From NCBI GenBank assembly GCA_944386325.1, contig CALXAP010000010.1, positions 11,473-43,472 of the forward strand: DNA of 32,000 nt, given 5' to 3'. The translations under genes were made by a program, and so were the position numbers. The notes beneath the pieces were generated by a model. The model worked only from the letters and a program-made list of their open reading frames with translations, was not told the DNA's origin and searched no databases. Positions 8,212 to 16,416 of this stretch are shown in pieces (position 1 is the first letter of the stretch; every line of letters starts with the position of its first letter). This DNA comes from an uncultured Clostridia bacterium. Lineage in GTDB: Bacteria > Bacillota > Clostridia > TANB77 > CAG-508.

Positions 8212-9399
8212 TTAATTTGCTAACCAATTAGCTATATCGTATATTTGTATTCCTTCATATTGATAGTCTTCATGTTTTGTTCTCGCAATTATAATTTTAG
8301 GATAAGCATCCCTTATTTGAATTAAAGGATCAACTTCTCTTTTTAAAGTATCGTCATTATCTATATTATCAGAAACTTGAATATATAGTTTTTCGTTTTG
8401 TTTAATCGCTACAAAATCTATCTCTTTACCATATAAAACTCCAACATATATTTCATATCCGCGTCTTAATAATTCAATCGCAACTATATTTTCATATACT
8501 CTGCCATAATTAATATTTCTCGTTCCCAATTTTGCATATTTAAAAGTTTGATCTACTAAATAATATTTATCAATAGAAGATAAATATTGTTTTCCTTGTA
8601 TATCATATCTTCTAACTTTATAAAAAGCAAATGCATCACATAAATATTTAATATAATTACCAACTGTTTTATCATTTGTATCAACTTTATTTTCATTTAA
8701 TTTATTCGCAACACTTCTATATGATGTTAAATTTGATATATTATCCATCATAAAATCTGTTAAACTATCCATTAATGACATATTTTGAATCTTATATTTT
8801 TGCTGTATGTCTCTAACAATTAATGCATTGTAAATTTCATTTATATAATTATATTTTTTTTCGTTATCATTATATACATAAGACCCTGACATTCCACCTT
8901 CAAAAACATATTTATCAAAAGCATCTTGAATATTCTCATAATTAAAATATTTTAAATACTCTTTAAATGAAAACGGAAATACTTGTATTTCATATGTTCT
9001 TCCAGTAAATAATGTAGCTAAATCACTACTTAATAAAAAAGCATTGGAACCAGTTATATATATATCATATTTTTCTTCTGCATGTAGACTATTTATAGTT
9101 CTTTCAAATTCTTTACACATTTGTACTTCATCTATTAAAAGAAAATTTTTCTTTTCTTCATTATAATTTTCTTCAACATATTTATTAAGAGCAATATAAT
9201 CTCTTAAATTATCAAATTTAAGTTTATTATAATTAATACTTATAATATTAGCATTATCTATATTTTTATTAATATAATCTTCAAACATTTCTAATAATTT
9301 TGATTTTCCACTTCTTCTTACACCTGTTATAACCTTAATATCTGGAGTTCCGATTATATCAATTAGCTCTTTTAAATAATTTCTCTCTATCAATTTCAT
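8212..9399 (-). CDS. AAA+ ATPase of the COG1373 type (AAA_14 + DUF4143)
   Basis: This is a 395-aa ORF with Walker A (ITGVRRSGKS) and Walker B-like LLIDEVQ. The C-terminal architecture (..YKVRRYDIQGKQYL..KYYLVD.G..) is typical of DUF4143 proteins. GAGGTGA RBS is present. Confidence 0.75.
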   Translation of the reverse strand: MKLIERNYLKELIDIIGTPDIKVITGVRRSGKSKLLEMFEDYINKNIDNANIISINYNKLKFDNLRDYIALNKYVEENYNEEKKNFLLIDEVQMCKEFERTINSLHAEEKYDIYITGSNAFLLSSDLATLFTGRTYEIQVFPFSFKEYLKYFNYENIQDAFDKYVFEGGMSGSYVYNDNEKKYNYINEIYNALIVRDIQQKYKIQNMSLMDSLTDFMMDNISNLTSYRSVANKLNENKVDTNDKTVGNYIKYLCDAFAFYKVRRYDIQGKQYLSSIDKYYLVDQTFKYAKLGTRNINYGRVYENIVAIELLRRGYEIYVGVLYGKEIDFVAIKQNEKLYIQVSDNIDNDDTLKREVDPLIQIRDAYPKIIIARTKHEDYQYEGIQIYDIANWLAN

Positions 9400-9422
9400 A
9401 TTATTTTCACCTCAAATAAATT

Positions 9423-9477
9423 ATAACATTCACTTCGCAAAAAGTAAATATTTTTATTTTTGCGAAATGAATGTTAT
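9423..9477. repeat. Long inverted repeat (21-bp arms, 1 mismatch, 13-nt spacer) 23 nt upstream of the ATPase start codon
   Basis: The arms are ATAACATTCACTTCGCAAAAA and TTTTTGCGAAATGAATGTTAT, read directly from the sequence. Confidence 0.6.
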
Positions 9478-9551
9478 TGTATATCAATCTCTATATAATG
9501 TGTTTCGTAATTTAAAATTAATAATATTTTCAATAATTTTTGAAAAACAAT

Positions 9552-9577
9552 AAAAAAAGATAAAAAAGGTTATCTTT
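9552..9577 (-). terminator. Weak AT-rich terminator hairpin downstream of tRNA-Glu
   Basis: The minus strand reads AAAGATAA-CCTTTT-TTATCTTT followed by TTTT. Confidence 0.35.
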
Positions 9578-9588
9578 TTCATCTAAAG

Positions 9589-9663
9589 TGGTGACCCGTA
9601 CGGGAATCGAACCCATGATTCCACCTTGAGAGGGTGGCGTCTTAGCCGCTTGACCAACGGGCC
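9589..9663 (-). tRNA. tRNA-Glu, anticodon CUC, CCA encoded
   Basis: The reverse complement is GGCCCGTTGGTCAAGCGGCTAAGACGCCACCCTCTCAAGGTGGAATCATGGGTTCGATTCCCGTACGGGTCACCA. The acceptor stem is GGCCCGT/ACGGGTC. The anticodon stem is CCACC/GGTGG with loop CT-CTC-AA. The T-arm is ATGGG-TTCGATT-CCCGT. Outside the anticodon arm it is close to my recollection of Bacillus tRNA-Glu. Confidence 0.9.
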
Positions 9664-9762
9664 ATATAATGTATATATTTATAATATAAATTTTTTAATT
9701 TGTTTATTATACTATGTGTACACGACGATATAACATATATACTTATATCATAAATACATACA

Positions 9763-10167
9763 TTAAGTCAAGCATAAATCTAGTATATATTTTAACCTTT
9801 CCGTATTTTTTGTTAAGTATAGATACCCTATCAATCCTTCAAATGCTGTTGCATACATATAATCTTTTAATTCTGCATTTTTAGGTAAATGATGATTTTC
9901 TGTATTTCTCGTTCTTCTTACTATATCTTTTTCATCATCTGTTAGATTACTTTCTATTTTCTTTAATATTTCTGCTTGTGCTTTTGCTTTTACATACTTT
10001 ATAGCTTCTATATGTAATTTATTTGGTTTTGCACTTGTTTTATTAACTAAATATGTTCTAATATATAATTCATAAACACAATCTCCCACATATGCCCATG
10101 TTAATGGTGACATAGTATTTACTTCCATTTCATCTATATTAATATTATACAAACTATAAATATCCAA
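9763..10167 (-). CDS. mrnC: Mini-ribonuclease 3 (Mini-III, 23S rRNA maturation)
   Basis: This is a 134-aa ORF. LTWAYVGDCVYELYIR matches the RNase III-like signature of MrnC. The size and the position after rbgA are consistent with that call. Confidence 0.8.
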   Translation of the reverse strand: MDIYSLYNINIDEMEVNTMSPLTWAYVGDCVYELYIRTYLVNKTSAKPNKLHIEAIKYVKAKAQAEILKKIESNLTDDEKDIVRRTRNTENHHLPKNAELKDYMYATAFEGLIGYLYLTKNTERLKYILDLCLT

Positions 10168-10168
10168 T

Positions 10169-11050
10169 TTATTCTATTTCACCTACTTTTTCTAATGTTA
10201 TTCTTCCTAATTTTCCGCTTCTAAAATCATCTAATATTATATTACTAACTTTTTCTAAATCTATTTTTCCACCTGATACAATTGCTCCTCTTTTTTTACC
10301 AATTGTCTCCATCAGATTTACTATATCATCACATTCTATATTCTCAATTTTATATCTTTCTATAATATTAGTTCTATAGCTATTAACAAGTCTTTCTAAA
10401 AGTTCATATGCTAATTCTGTTTTTTCTAGTATATCATCCTTTATACTCCCTGTAAAAGCTAGATTTAAAGCTACATTTTCATTATCTAATTTTGGCCATA
10501 ATACACCTGGAGTATCTAATAATTCTATAGAACTACCTAATCTAACCCATTGTTTTTGTTTTGTAACACCTGGTTTATTTCCTACTTTTGCTGAAGTTTT
10601 TTTAGTTAGTCTATTTATAAAAGAAGATTTACCTACATTTGGAATTCCTAGTATCATAACCCTTATACTCCTACCTATTTTTCCTTTAGTTGCATGCATT
10701 TTTAAATCTTCCTTCATCACATATTGAATCTTAGAAATTGCATCATTTATACCTTTTCCTGTATTTGAATCTACTAAAACTGCTTGTATATTATTTTTAG
10801 AATATTCTTCTATCCATTTCTTATTTTCTATTTCTTCTGATAAATCGCATTTATTTAATACTATAATTTTTTTCTTATTTTTAATTATATCATTAATATC
10901 TGGATTATGACTAGATATAGGTATTCTCGCATCTAATAACTCTACTACAACATCTATTAATTTCAAATCTTCTATTATTTGTTTTTTAGTTTTATACATA
11001 TGTCCTGGATACCAGTTTATATTAATTTTATTTTCATTCATTATTTTCAC
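10169..11050 (-). CDS. rbgA: Ribosome biogenesis GTPase A (YlqF/RbgA), circularly permuted GTPase
   Basis: The protein has INWYPGHMYKTKK and the permuted order G4 (LNKCDL) ... G1 (GIPNVGKSSFINRL) ... G3 (DTPGVLWPK). Confidence 0.9.
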   Translation of the reverse strand: MKIMNENKININWYPGHMYKTKKQIIEDLKLIDVVVELLDARIPISSHNPDINDIIKNKKKIIVLNKCDLSEEIENKKWIEEYSKNNIQAVLVDSNTGKGINDAISKIQYVMKEDLKMHATKGKIGRSIRVMILGIPNVGKSSFINRLTKKTSAKVGNKPGVTKQKQWVRLGSSIELLDTPGVLWPKLDNENVALNLAFTGSIKDDILEKTELAYELLERLVNSYRTNIIERYKIENIECDDIVNLMETIGKKRGAIVSGGKIDLEKVSNIILDDFRSGKLGRITLEKVGEIE

Positions 11051-12063
11051 TCTTTCTTTTTTTCTACTTCTTCTATCAATAAATCAAAATCTGATTTATA
11101 TAATTTATCTTGCTTTACTCTATACTTTTCAAATTCTGTTAATGCTTTATCACAAGCAATTTCGTGTGATATTTTACCTGCATCTTTTAATATATCTCTA
11201 TCATCTGATAATAAAAATCTATCAATTCTTGTTGCCCAATCTTCCATAGTCATTGGTATATGTCTTCTTGCTCTATTCTCTGCCAACTCCAAAAATGCAC
11301 TTACAATTCCTTCTAAATCTTTCATTTCTTCTTTGTTTAAATAGTTCTTAGCAATAATTACATCTGATTTCATTATCTTGCCATTAGGAGAATTCTTCCA
11401 ATTAGTAAGTCCCATATTCTCTTTTTTTGAATCAGCTCTATTATATATTATTTCTGATGCTGTTTGATGAGATACTGCATAATGCATTTTGTTTTGCACT
11501 TTCTTAAAAAAATCTATTGATATAGGAGATTTTGGATCATAATCAATACTTGTAGCATAAATATCAGTTACTTTTTGATAAAATCTTCTTTCTGATAATC
11601 TTATTTCTCTTATTTCTTCTAAAAGTTTTTCAAAATAGTCTTTGTCTATGAATGAACCATTTTTCATTCTTTCTTTATCTAATACATATCCCTGAATTGT
11701 AAAAGTTTTTAAGACTTGTGTTGCCCATCTTCTAAATTGTGTTGCTCGAATAGAATTTACTCTATAGCCCACTGAGATTATTGCATCTAAATTATAAAAC
11801 TTCATTTTATATTTTTTTCCATCAGAAGCAGTTGCCGAGAATTCCTCGGTAACTGAATTGCTATCTAATTCGTTTTCTTTAAAAATATTTTTTAAATGTA
11901 AAGAAATATTATCAGTGCTACAATCAAATAGTTCAGCCATTGATTTTTGAGTCATCCATAGATTTTCGTTCTCATAGCGAACTTGTATGCCTTTATCTTT
12001 TTCTTGTACTTTAAATGTAATAAATTCTTCAGCAGAACTTCTAATTACTAAATCTTTTGCCAT
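11047..12063 (-). CDS. RhuM-family (virulence protein RhuM-like) protein
   Basis: The N-terminal half (..IQVRYENENLWMTQKSMAELFDCSTDNISLHLKNIFKENEL..FYNLDAIISVGYRVNSIRATQFRRWATQVLK..) matches my recollection of the RhuM family. RBS is AAGGAGGT. The stop overlaps the rbgA start by 4 nt. Confidence 0.75.
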   Translation of the reverse strand: MAKDLVIRSSAEEFITFKVQEKDKGIQVRYENENLWMTQKSMAELFDCSTDNISLHLKNIFKENELDSNSVTEEFSATASDGKKYKMKFYNLDAIISVGYRVNSIRATQFRRWATQVLKTFTIQGYVLDKERMKNGSFIDKDYFEKLLEEIREIRLSERRFYQKVTDIYATSIDYDPKSPISIDFFKKVQNKMHYAVSHQTASEIIYNRADSKKENMGLTNWKNSPNGKIMKSDVIIAKNYLNKEEMKDLEGIVSAFLELAENRARRHIPMTMEDWATRIDRFLLSDDRDILKDAGKISHEIACDKALTEFEKYRVKQDKLYKSDFDLLIEEVEKKKE

Positions 12064-12230
12064 CCTTTACCTCCTTTTCTGTTATATATTAAATATGTAA
12101 TAATAATTTTTAAACAAATGCTGATATATCAATATTTTATAAGGTGTTTTCATAACTTCCCATTTTAACTTACAATTTAATTATTAATCTCTATATAATG
12201 TTATTATATATTTTTCTAATTCTATAATAA

Positions 12231-12854
12231 TCATTTCCTTTCTAATGGAGATTTTTCTATTTTATTTTCATATTGTTTAGCATATTTTTTTAATGAATCA
12301 TTTACATTAATCCAATAATAATTCGTCATTGTATTATCGTTTGAATCAAATTCTGTCTTTTCTAAAATTCCACCCAAAGCTTGTATTGTTTTATTAGAGC
12401 CAATATTATCAACAGTACAATCAAGTAAAACATTTTCTTCTCCAAGTCTCTGTTCTTCTAACAAACCTAAATATAATGCAATTTTTGCATATCCTTTTCT
12501 TCGCTCAGTAGGTCTTATTCCATAGCCAATATGAGATGAACCTCTTTTAAACATTTCTTCTGAAATATTATATCTAATATTTATCATACCAACTATCCTA
12601 TTATCGTTTTCTCTTACTACAAAAAATGTTTTTGAAAGACATCTATTTATTAGTTTTACATACTCTATATCTTCTCTCTTTTTAAGTTCTACTAACCATT
12701 CTTCATATGTCATACCTTTTAAACACATATCCATACAACCTATTCCATTTAAATCTGAATTATATTCAACAAGTTCTTCTAGGTAATCTAATGCTTCGTT
12801 TTTTCTATTTATTGTGGGTACTTCCAAAAAAATCTTTTCCATATTTCTCTCCAT
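12231..12854 (-). CDS. GNAT-family acetyltransferase (COG3981-like)
   Basis: This is a 207-aa ORF with IRYNISEEMFKRGSSHIGYGIRPTERRKGYAKIAL and NIGSNKTIQALGG, which are GNAT core motifs. Confidence 0.7.
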   Translation of the reverse strand: MERNMEKIFLEVPTINRKNEALDYLEELVEYNSDLNGIGCMDMCLKGMTYEEWLVELKKREDIEYVKLINRCLSKTFFVVRENDNRIVGMINIRYNISEEMFKRGSSHIGYGIRPTERRKGYAKIALYLGLLEEQRLGEENVLLDCTVDNIGSNKTIQALGGILEKTEFDSNDNTMTNYYWINVNDSLKKYAKQYENKIEKSPLERK

Positions 12855-12954
12855 TTTTTAATTTTATATATAAATACTTTGTATTATTCCTACTGTTTCT
12901 ATACTACTTGTTATAATAACTAAAATTTGATTTATATAATGTATCTCATCAAAT

Positions 12955-12981
12955 AAAAAGTAGATTTACCATCTACTTTTT
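12955..12981. terminator. Bidirectional terminator-like hairpin overlapping the stop of the 72-aa ORF
   Basis: The stem is 11 bp, AAAAAGTAGAT / ATCTACTTTTT, with loop TTACC. T-runs flank it on both strands. Confidence 0.5.
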
Positions 12982-13191
12982 ATTATACTCATTACCCCAA
13001 TCTTCGTTTGGATCAAAGTTATTTTCCAATTCCCACTTAATGTGGTTTTCTCTTGCATTTTTAACAGCTTCACAGCCATTGTTACATGTTGCACTTGCAC
13101 CATCAGTAACAACAAAAAAAGGTAGATCATATTTTTTTGCAAGTTCTTTTACTTCATTACAAAACATTCTCGCTTTTTTTATTTTATCCAT
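12973..13191 (-). CDS. Small hypothetical protein (72 aa)
   Basis: The ORF has a GGAGATATA-type RBS upstream and a terminator at its end. I recognise no family. Confidence 0.45.
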   Translation of the reverse strand: MDKIKKARMFCNEVKELAKKYDLPFFVVTDGASATCNNGCEAVKNARENHIKWELENNFDPNEDWGNEYNKK

Positions 13192-13216
13192 TATTATATC
13201 TCCTATTTAAAGATTT

Positions 13217-13690
13217 TTAATTAATTTTATATTGATTCTTATCTGCTCTTTCATCTAGTTTTCTATCATACTTCTTGTTTTTATAAAACCAATATGTATT
13301 TTTATCATCTTTTAATTCATTTCTATCTCTATTAAATATTAAATCATATAATATACAGCATGCAAGTATTACTGCTATTACTGAAGAAAGTGTACTTAAA
13401 TAAATGTCTGTATTTCCTCCTGAATCTATAATTGATTTTATACTATTAAATGCATCTCCTCCAAAATAATATAAATATGCTACAAAATAAATTATACCAC
13501 CAATTAATTTTCTTCTAAATATTAATAGTATTGCAATAAAAGTTATAAATAATAAGATAACCTCTGTATTTAAGTCAAATGGCTTTATTGCATATTCAAA
13601 TCCCATTGCAAACATATATGTTATAATTACTCTAAAAATCCAAAACATTACTATAAATATAGACACAAGCCAACTAAATAAATTTTTCAT
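13217..13690 (-). CDS. Hypothetical integral membrane protein (about 4 TM)
   Basis: This is a 157-aa ORF with four hydrophobic segments and a charged C-terminal tail. Confidence 0.5.
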   Translation of the reverse strand: MKNLFSWLVSIFIVMFWIFRVIITYMFAMGFEYAIKPFDLNTEVILLFITFIAILLIFRRKLIGGIIYFVAYLYYFGGDAFNSIKSIIDSGGNTDIYLSTLSSVIAVILACCILYDLIFNRDRNELKDDKNTYWFYKNKKYDRKLDERADKNQYKIN

Positions 13691-13744
13691 ATGTATCCCT
13701 CATTTCTAATATATCATTATATATAAATTCTAACATATATTAAT

Positions 13745-14110
13745 TTAATTATCAATATTTGTATTTTCAACAGAATCTATTATATCTTTACATTCTCTCC
13801 AATTTGTAGTTTTTATGTAATCATATTCTTTACCTAATTTATCAATAATTTCTCGTGTACCATCTTTAGATTCTAAATCTGTTAAAATTATATCTTTTAT
13901 ATTTTCCTCTTTACCATATATAACTCTAAATAAAAAATTTCTCATAAATCCTTCTATTTTCTCTTCTTGATTTTTTGCAGCTACAATAATATAAATACCA
14001 TCTGGTTTTAAATTTGTATATGAAAATATATAATATATTGTTTTTATAATCTCTGCTAAACCATATAAAGCCAAAGTCCATAAGATAGCACTTAAAATAA
14101 AATTAGCCAT
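13745..14110 (-). CDS. Hypothetical N-terminally membrane-anchored protein
   Basis: This is a 121-aa ORF with GAGGGGTG upstream. It has one TM, then IYIIVAAKNQEEKIEGF..ILTDLESKDGTREIIDKL, which loosely resembles the start of a GT2 fold. It does not resemble SpoIIIAB. Confidence 0.45.
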   Translation of the reverse strand: MANFILSAILWTLALYGLAEIIKTIYYIFSYTNLKPDGIYIIVAAKNQEEKIEGFMRNFLFRVIYGKEENIKDIILTDLESKDGTREIIDKLGKEYDYIKTTNWRECKDIIDSVENTNIDN

Positions 14111-14157
14111 AATATAGCACCCCTCTAAACTATAATATGACTAATTAAATCTTTTTG

Positions 14158-15105
14158 TTAATATATAACATATTCTAAATTTATTTTATTTAAAGCATAT
14201 ACCTTTTCAATTTCTCCTTTTACTTTCTTGTTATCTAAAAATATTATTCTTTCAATTACATGTGACATTAATAAATCTTTTATACTAGGATTTACTGAAA
14301 TATCATCTAAAGAACTGCCATGTGCTGTAAATATTCCTTTTATTCCAGAACAAACAGCTTCTTTAATTGCTTCAACATCTTCTTTTGAACCAATTTCATC
14401 TGCTGCTATAACTTGTGGTGCCATTGATCTAATTAATAATTTCATTCCTTTGTCCTTTTTTACATTAGATAATACATCTGTCCTCATTCCTATGTCATTT
14501 TGAGCCACACCTTTATACATTGCTGCAATTTCTCCTCTTTCATCTACTAGTCCAACATTTAATCCTTGAAAATTAATCTGTTCAATTCCATTACTTATTC
14601 TTCTTACTAAATCTCTTAATATTGTTGTTTTACCTACACCAGGTTTTGATACTATTAATGTATTATATACATTATTATTTTCCATATTTATAACATACTT
14701 AAGTAATTTATTGCTACAACCATTTATTTCTTTTGCAATTCTAAAATTTAAACTTGAGATATAATTTATATTTATTATTTTTCCATTTTCAATAACAACA
14801 TTACCAGAAATACCTACTCTATGTCCACCTCTTATTGTTATAAATCCATTACATATTTGACTTTGATATGAATATATGGAATTTTCACAAATTTTTTGTA
14901 ATGTTTCTATTAAATCTTCTACTGTAACAATATAGTCAAATATTTTTTCATTGTCATTAAATTTTAGTATTAAAGGTCTATTACTTCTAATTCTTATTTC
15001 CTCCAAAGCCATATATTCAGATGGTTTTGCTATATTATTAAAATAATTTTCTATTACACTTTCTAAACTTTCTGAAAAATATTTAAATAAATTAAAAACT
15101 AGCAT
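14158..15105 (-). CDS. spoIIIAA: Stage III sporulation protein AA-like AAA ATPase
   Basis: This is a 315-aa ORF. It has EEIRIRSNRPL, Walker A (LIVSKPGVGKTTILRDLVR), DERGEIA, and VIAADEIG (Walker B), which are typical SpoIIIAA/ycf45-type motifs. Confidence 0.8.
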   Translation of the reverse strand: MLVFNLFKYFSESLESVIENYFNNIAKPSEYMALEEIRIRSNRPLILKFNDNEKIFDYIVTVEDLIETLQKICENSIYSYQSQICNGFITIRGGHRVGISGNVVIENGKIININYISSLNFRIAKEINGCSNKLLKYVINMENNNVYNTLIVSKPGVGKTTILRDLVRRISNGIEQINFQGLNVGLVDERGEIAAMYKGVAQNDIGMRTDVLSNVKKDKGMKLLIRSMAPQVIAADEIGSKEDVEAIKEAVCSGIKGIFTAHGSSLDDISVNPSIKDLLMSHVIERIIFLDNKKVKGEIEKVYALNKINLEYVIY

Positions 15106-15165
15106 ATATACACCTCCAAATATATGTCCTATATTTTATATATATGCTAATTATTAAAAAAAATT

Positions 15166-16321
15166 CTAAATACTTTTATTTTTTCGTAGCTCATAAACAC
15201 ATTCTTTTAAAACATCTACAAAATAATCTATCTCATCTTTTGTATTATCTTTTCCTAAACTGACTCTTACAGAACCATTAGCATAACAAGGTTCTAAACC
15301 TATTGCAGTTAATACATGTGAAGCTCCTTGACTTTCAGAATTACATGCAGAACCTGTAGAAACACAAATACCTTTTTCATCTAATTTTAAAAGTAGTTCT
15401 CCTCCATCTACTTCTTTAAAAGATATATTAATATTTCCAGCAAGCCTATTATTCATATCTCCATTTATTTTTATATCTGATATATTTTCCTCAACTTTTT
15501 TTATATAATAATCTCTTAATTCCTTTAAATAATTTATCTTATTATCGAAATCTTTATATGCCAGTTCAATAGCTTTCCCAATTCCAACAATACCAGCAAC
15601 ATTTTCTGTTCCAGCTCTTTTATTTTTTTCTTGATGTCCTCCATTTTGTATTTTCAAAAAATTAATATCTTTTCTTACATATAACACACCTACACCTTTT
15701 GGTCCGTAAAATTTATGTCCTGACATAGAAAGTAAATCTATATTCATATCCTTTACATCTATTCTTACATTTCCAATAGCTTGAACTGCATCTGTATGAA
15801 AATATATATCATGTTTTTTTGCTATTTCTCCAATTTGTTTTATAGGCTCTATAGTTCCGTATCTCATTATTTGCAAACATTATACTTATTAATATAGTAT
15901 CTTCACAAATGCTATTTTCTAATTCTTCTAAATTTACAAAACCTTTCTCATCTACATTTAAATACGTAATTCTAAAGCCCTGTTTTTCTAAAAACTCACA
16001 TGATTCTGTTACTGCATGATGTTCTATTTTACTTGTGATAATATGATTACCTTTTTCTCTATTTGCATATGCAACTCCCTTTATAGCTAAATTATCACTT
16101 TCACTACCACAACTTGTAAAATATATCTCCTTAGTATCTGCATTAATTTCTTTTGCTACTTTTCTTCTAGATTCTTCTACAGCTCTTTTAGCACTCCTAC
16201 CAATACTATATAAAGAAGATGCATTTCCATATTCTATTCCAAAATAAGGAATCATTTCCTTTATTACCAATTCATCTACAGCTGTTGTAGCAGCATGATC
16301 TAAATATATAATTTTATTCAT
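15166..16321 (-). pseudogene. nifS: NifS/IscS-like class V cysteine desulfurase interrupted by a single extra base (two overlapping ORFs, 15809-16321 and 15166-15876)
   Basis: The N-terminal ORF reads IYLDHAATT...ILISIMFANNEI and then an out-of-frame tail. The C-terminal ORF resumes GTIEPIKQIGEIAKKHDIYFHTDAVQ, with PLP lysine SMSGHKFYGPKG and catalytic STGSACNS. Joining ATA (15862-15860) to GGA (15858-15856) restores the canonical ANNEIGTIEPI. Confidence 0.85.
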
Positions 16322-16416
16322 AATAATTTTCTCCTATTAATTTATTTAATACATATATATTTTATTTATTCCCAAATTGTTACTATAATATCATTATTTT
16401 ATACAATACTACTAAA

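Noticed and set aside
9486-9501. A 16-nt exact repeat, AATCTCTATATAATGT, also occurs at 12186-12201. Both copies lie upstream of minus-strand genes (the DUF4143 ATPase and rhuM).
   Set aside because: The flanks show no further similarity. A rough estimate suggests that 16-nt AT-rich matches are expected by chance within 32 kb of this composition. It may be only a promoter-like TATAAT context.
12231-13191. I considered the 72-aa protein plus the GNAT as a GNAT-toxin/antitoxin pair (TacT/AtaT-like).
   Set aside because: The two genes are separated by a strong terminator hairpin and about 118 bp. The GNAT is a 207-aa COG3981-like enzyme rather than a ~170-aa TacT/AtaT type. The small protein shows no RHH/HTH features.
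13745-14110. I considered calling the gene after spoIIIAA as spoIIIAB.
   Set aside because: Its length (121 aa), single N-terminal TM and sequence do not resemble SpoIIIAB as I recall it, and no AC-AH-like small membrane proteins follow.
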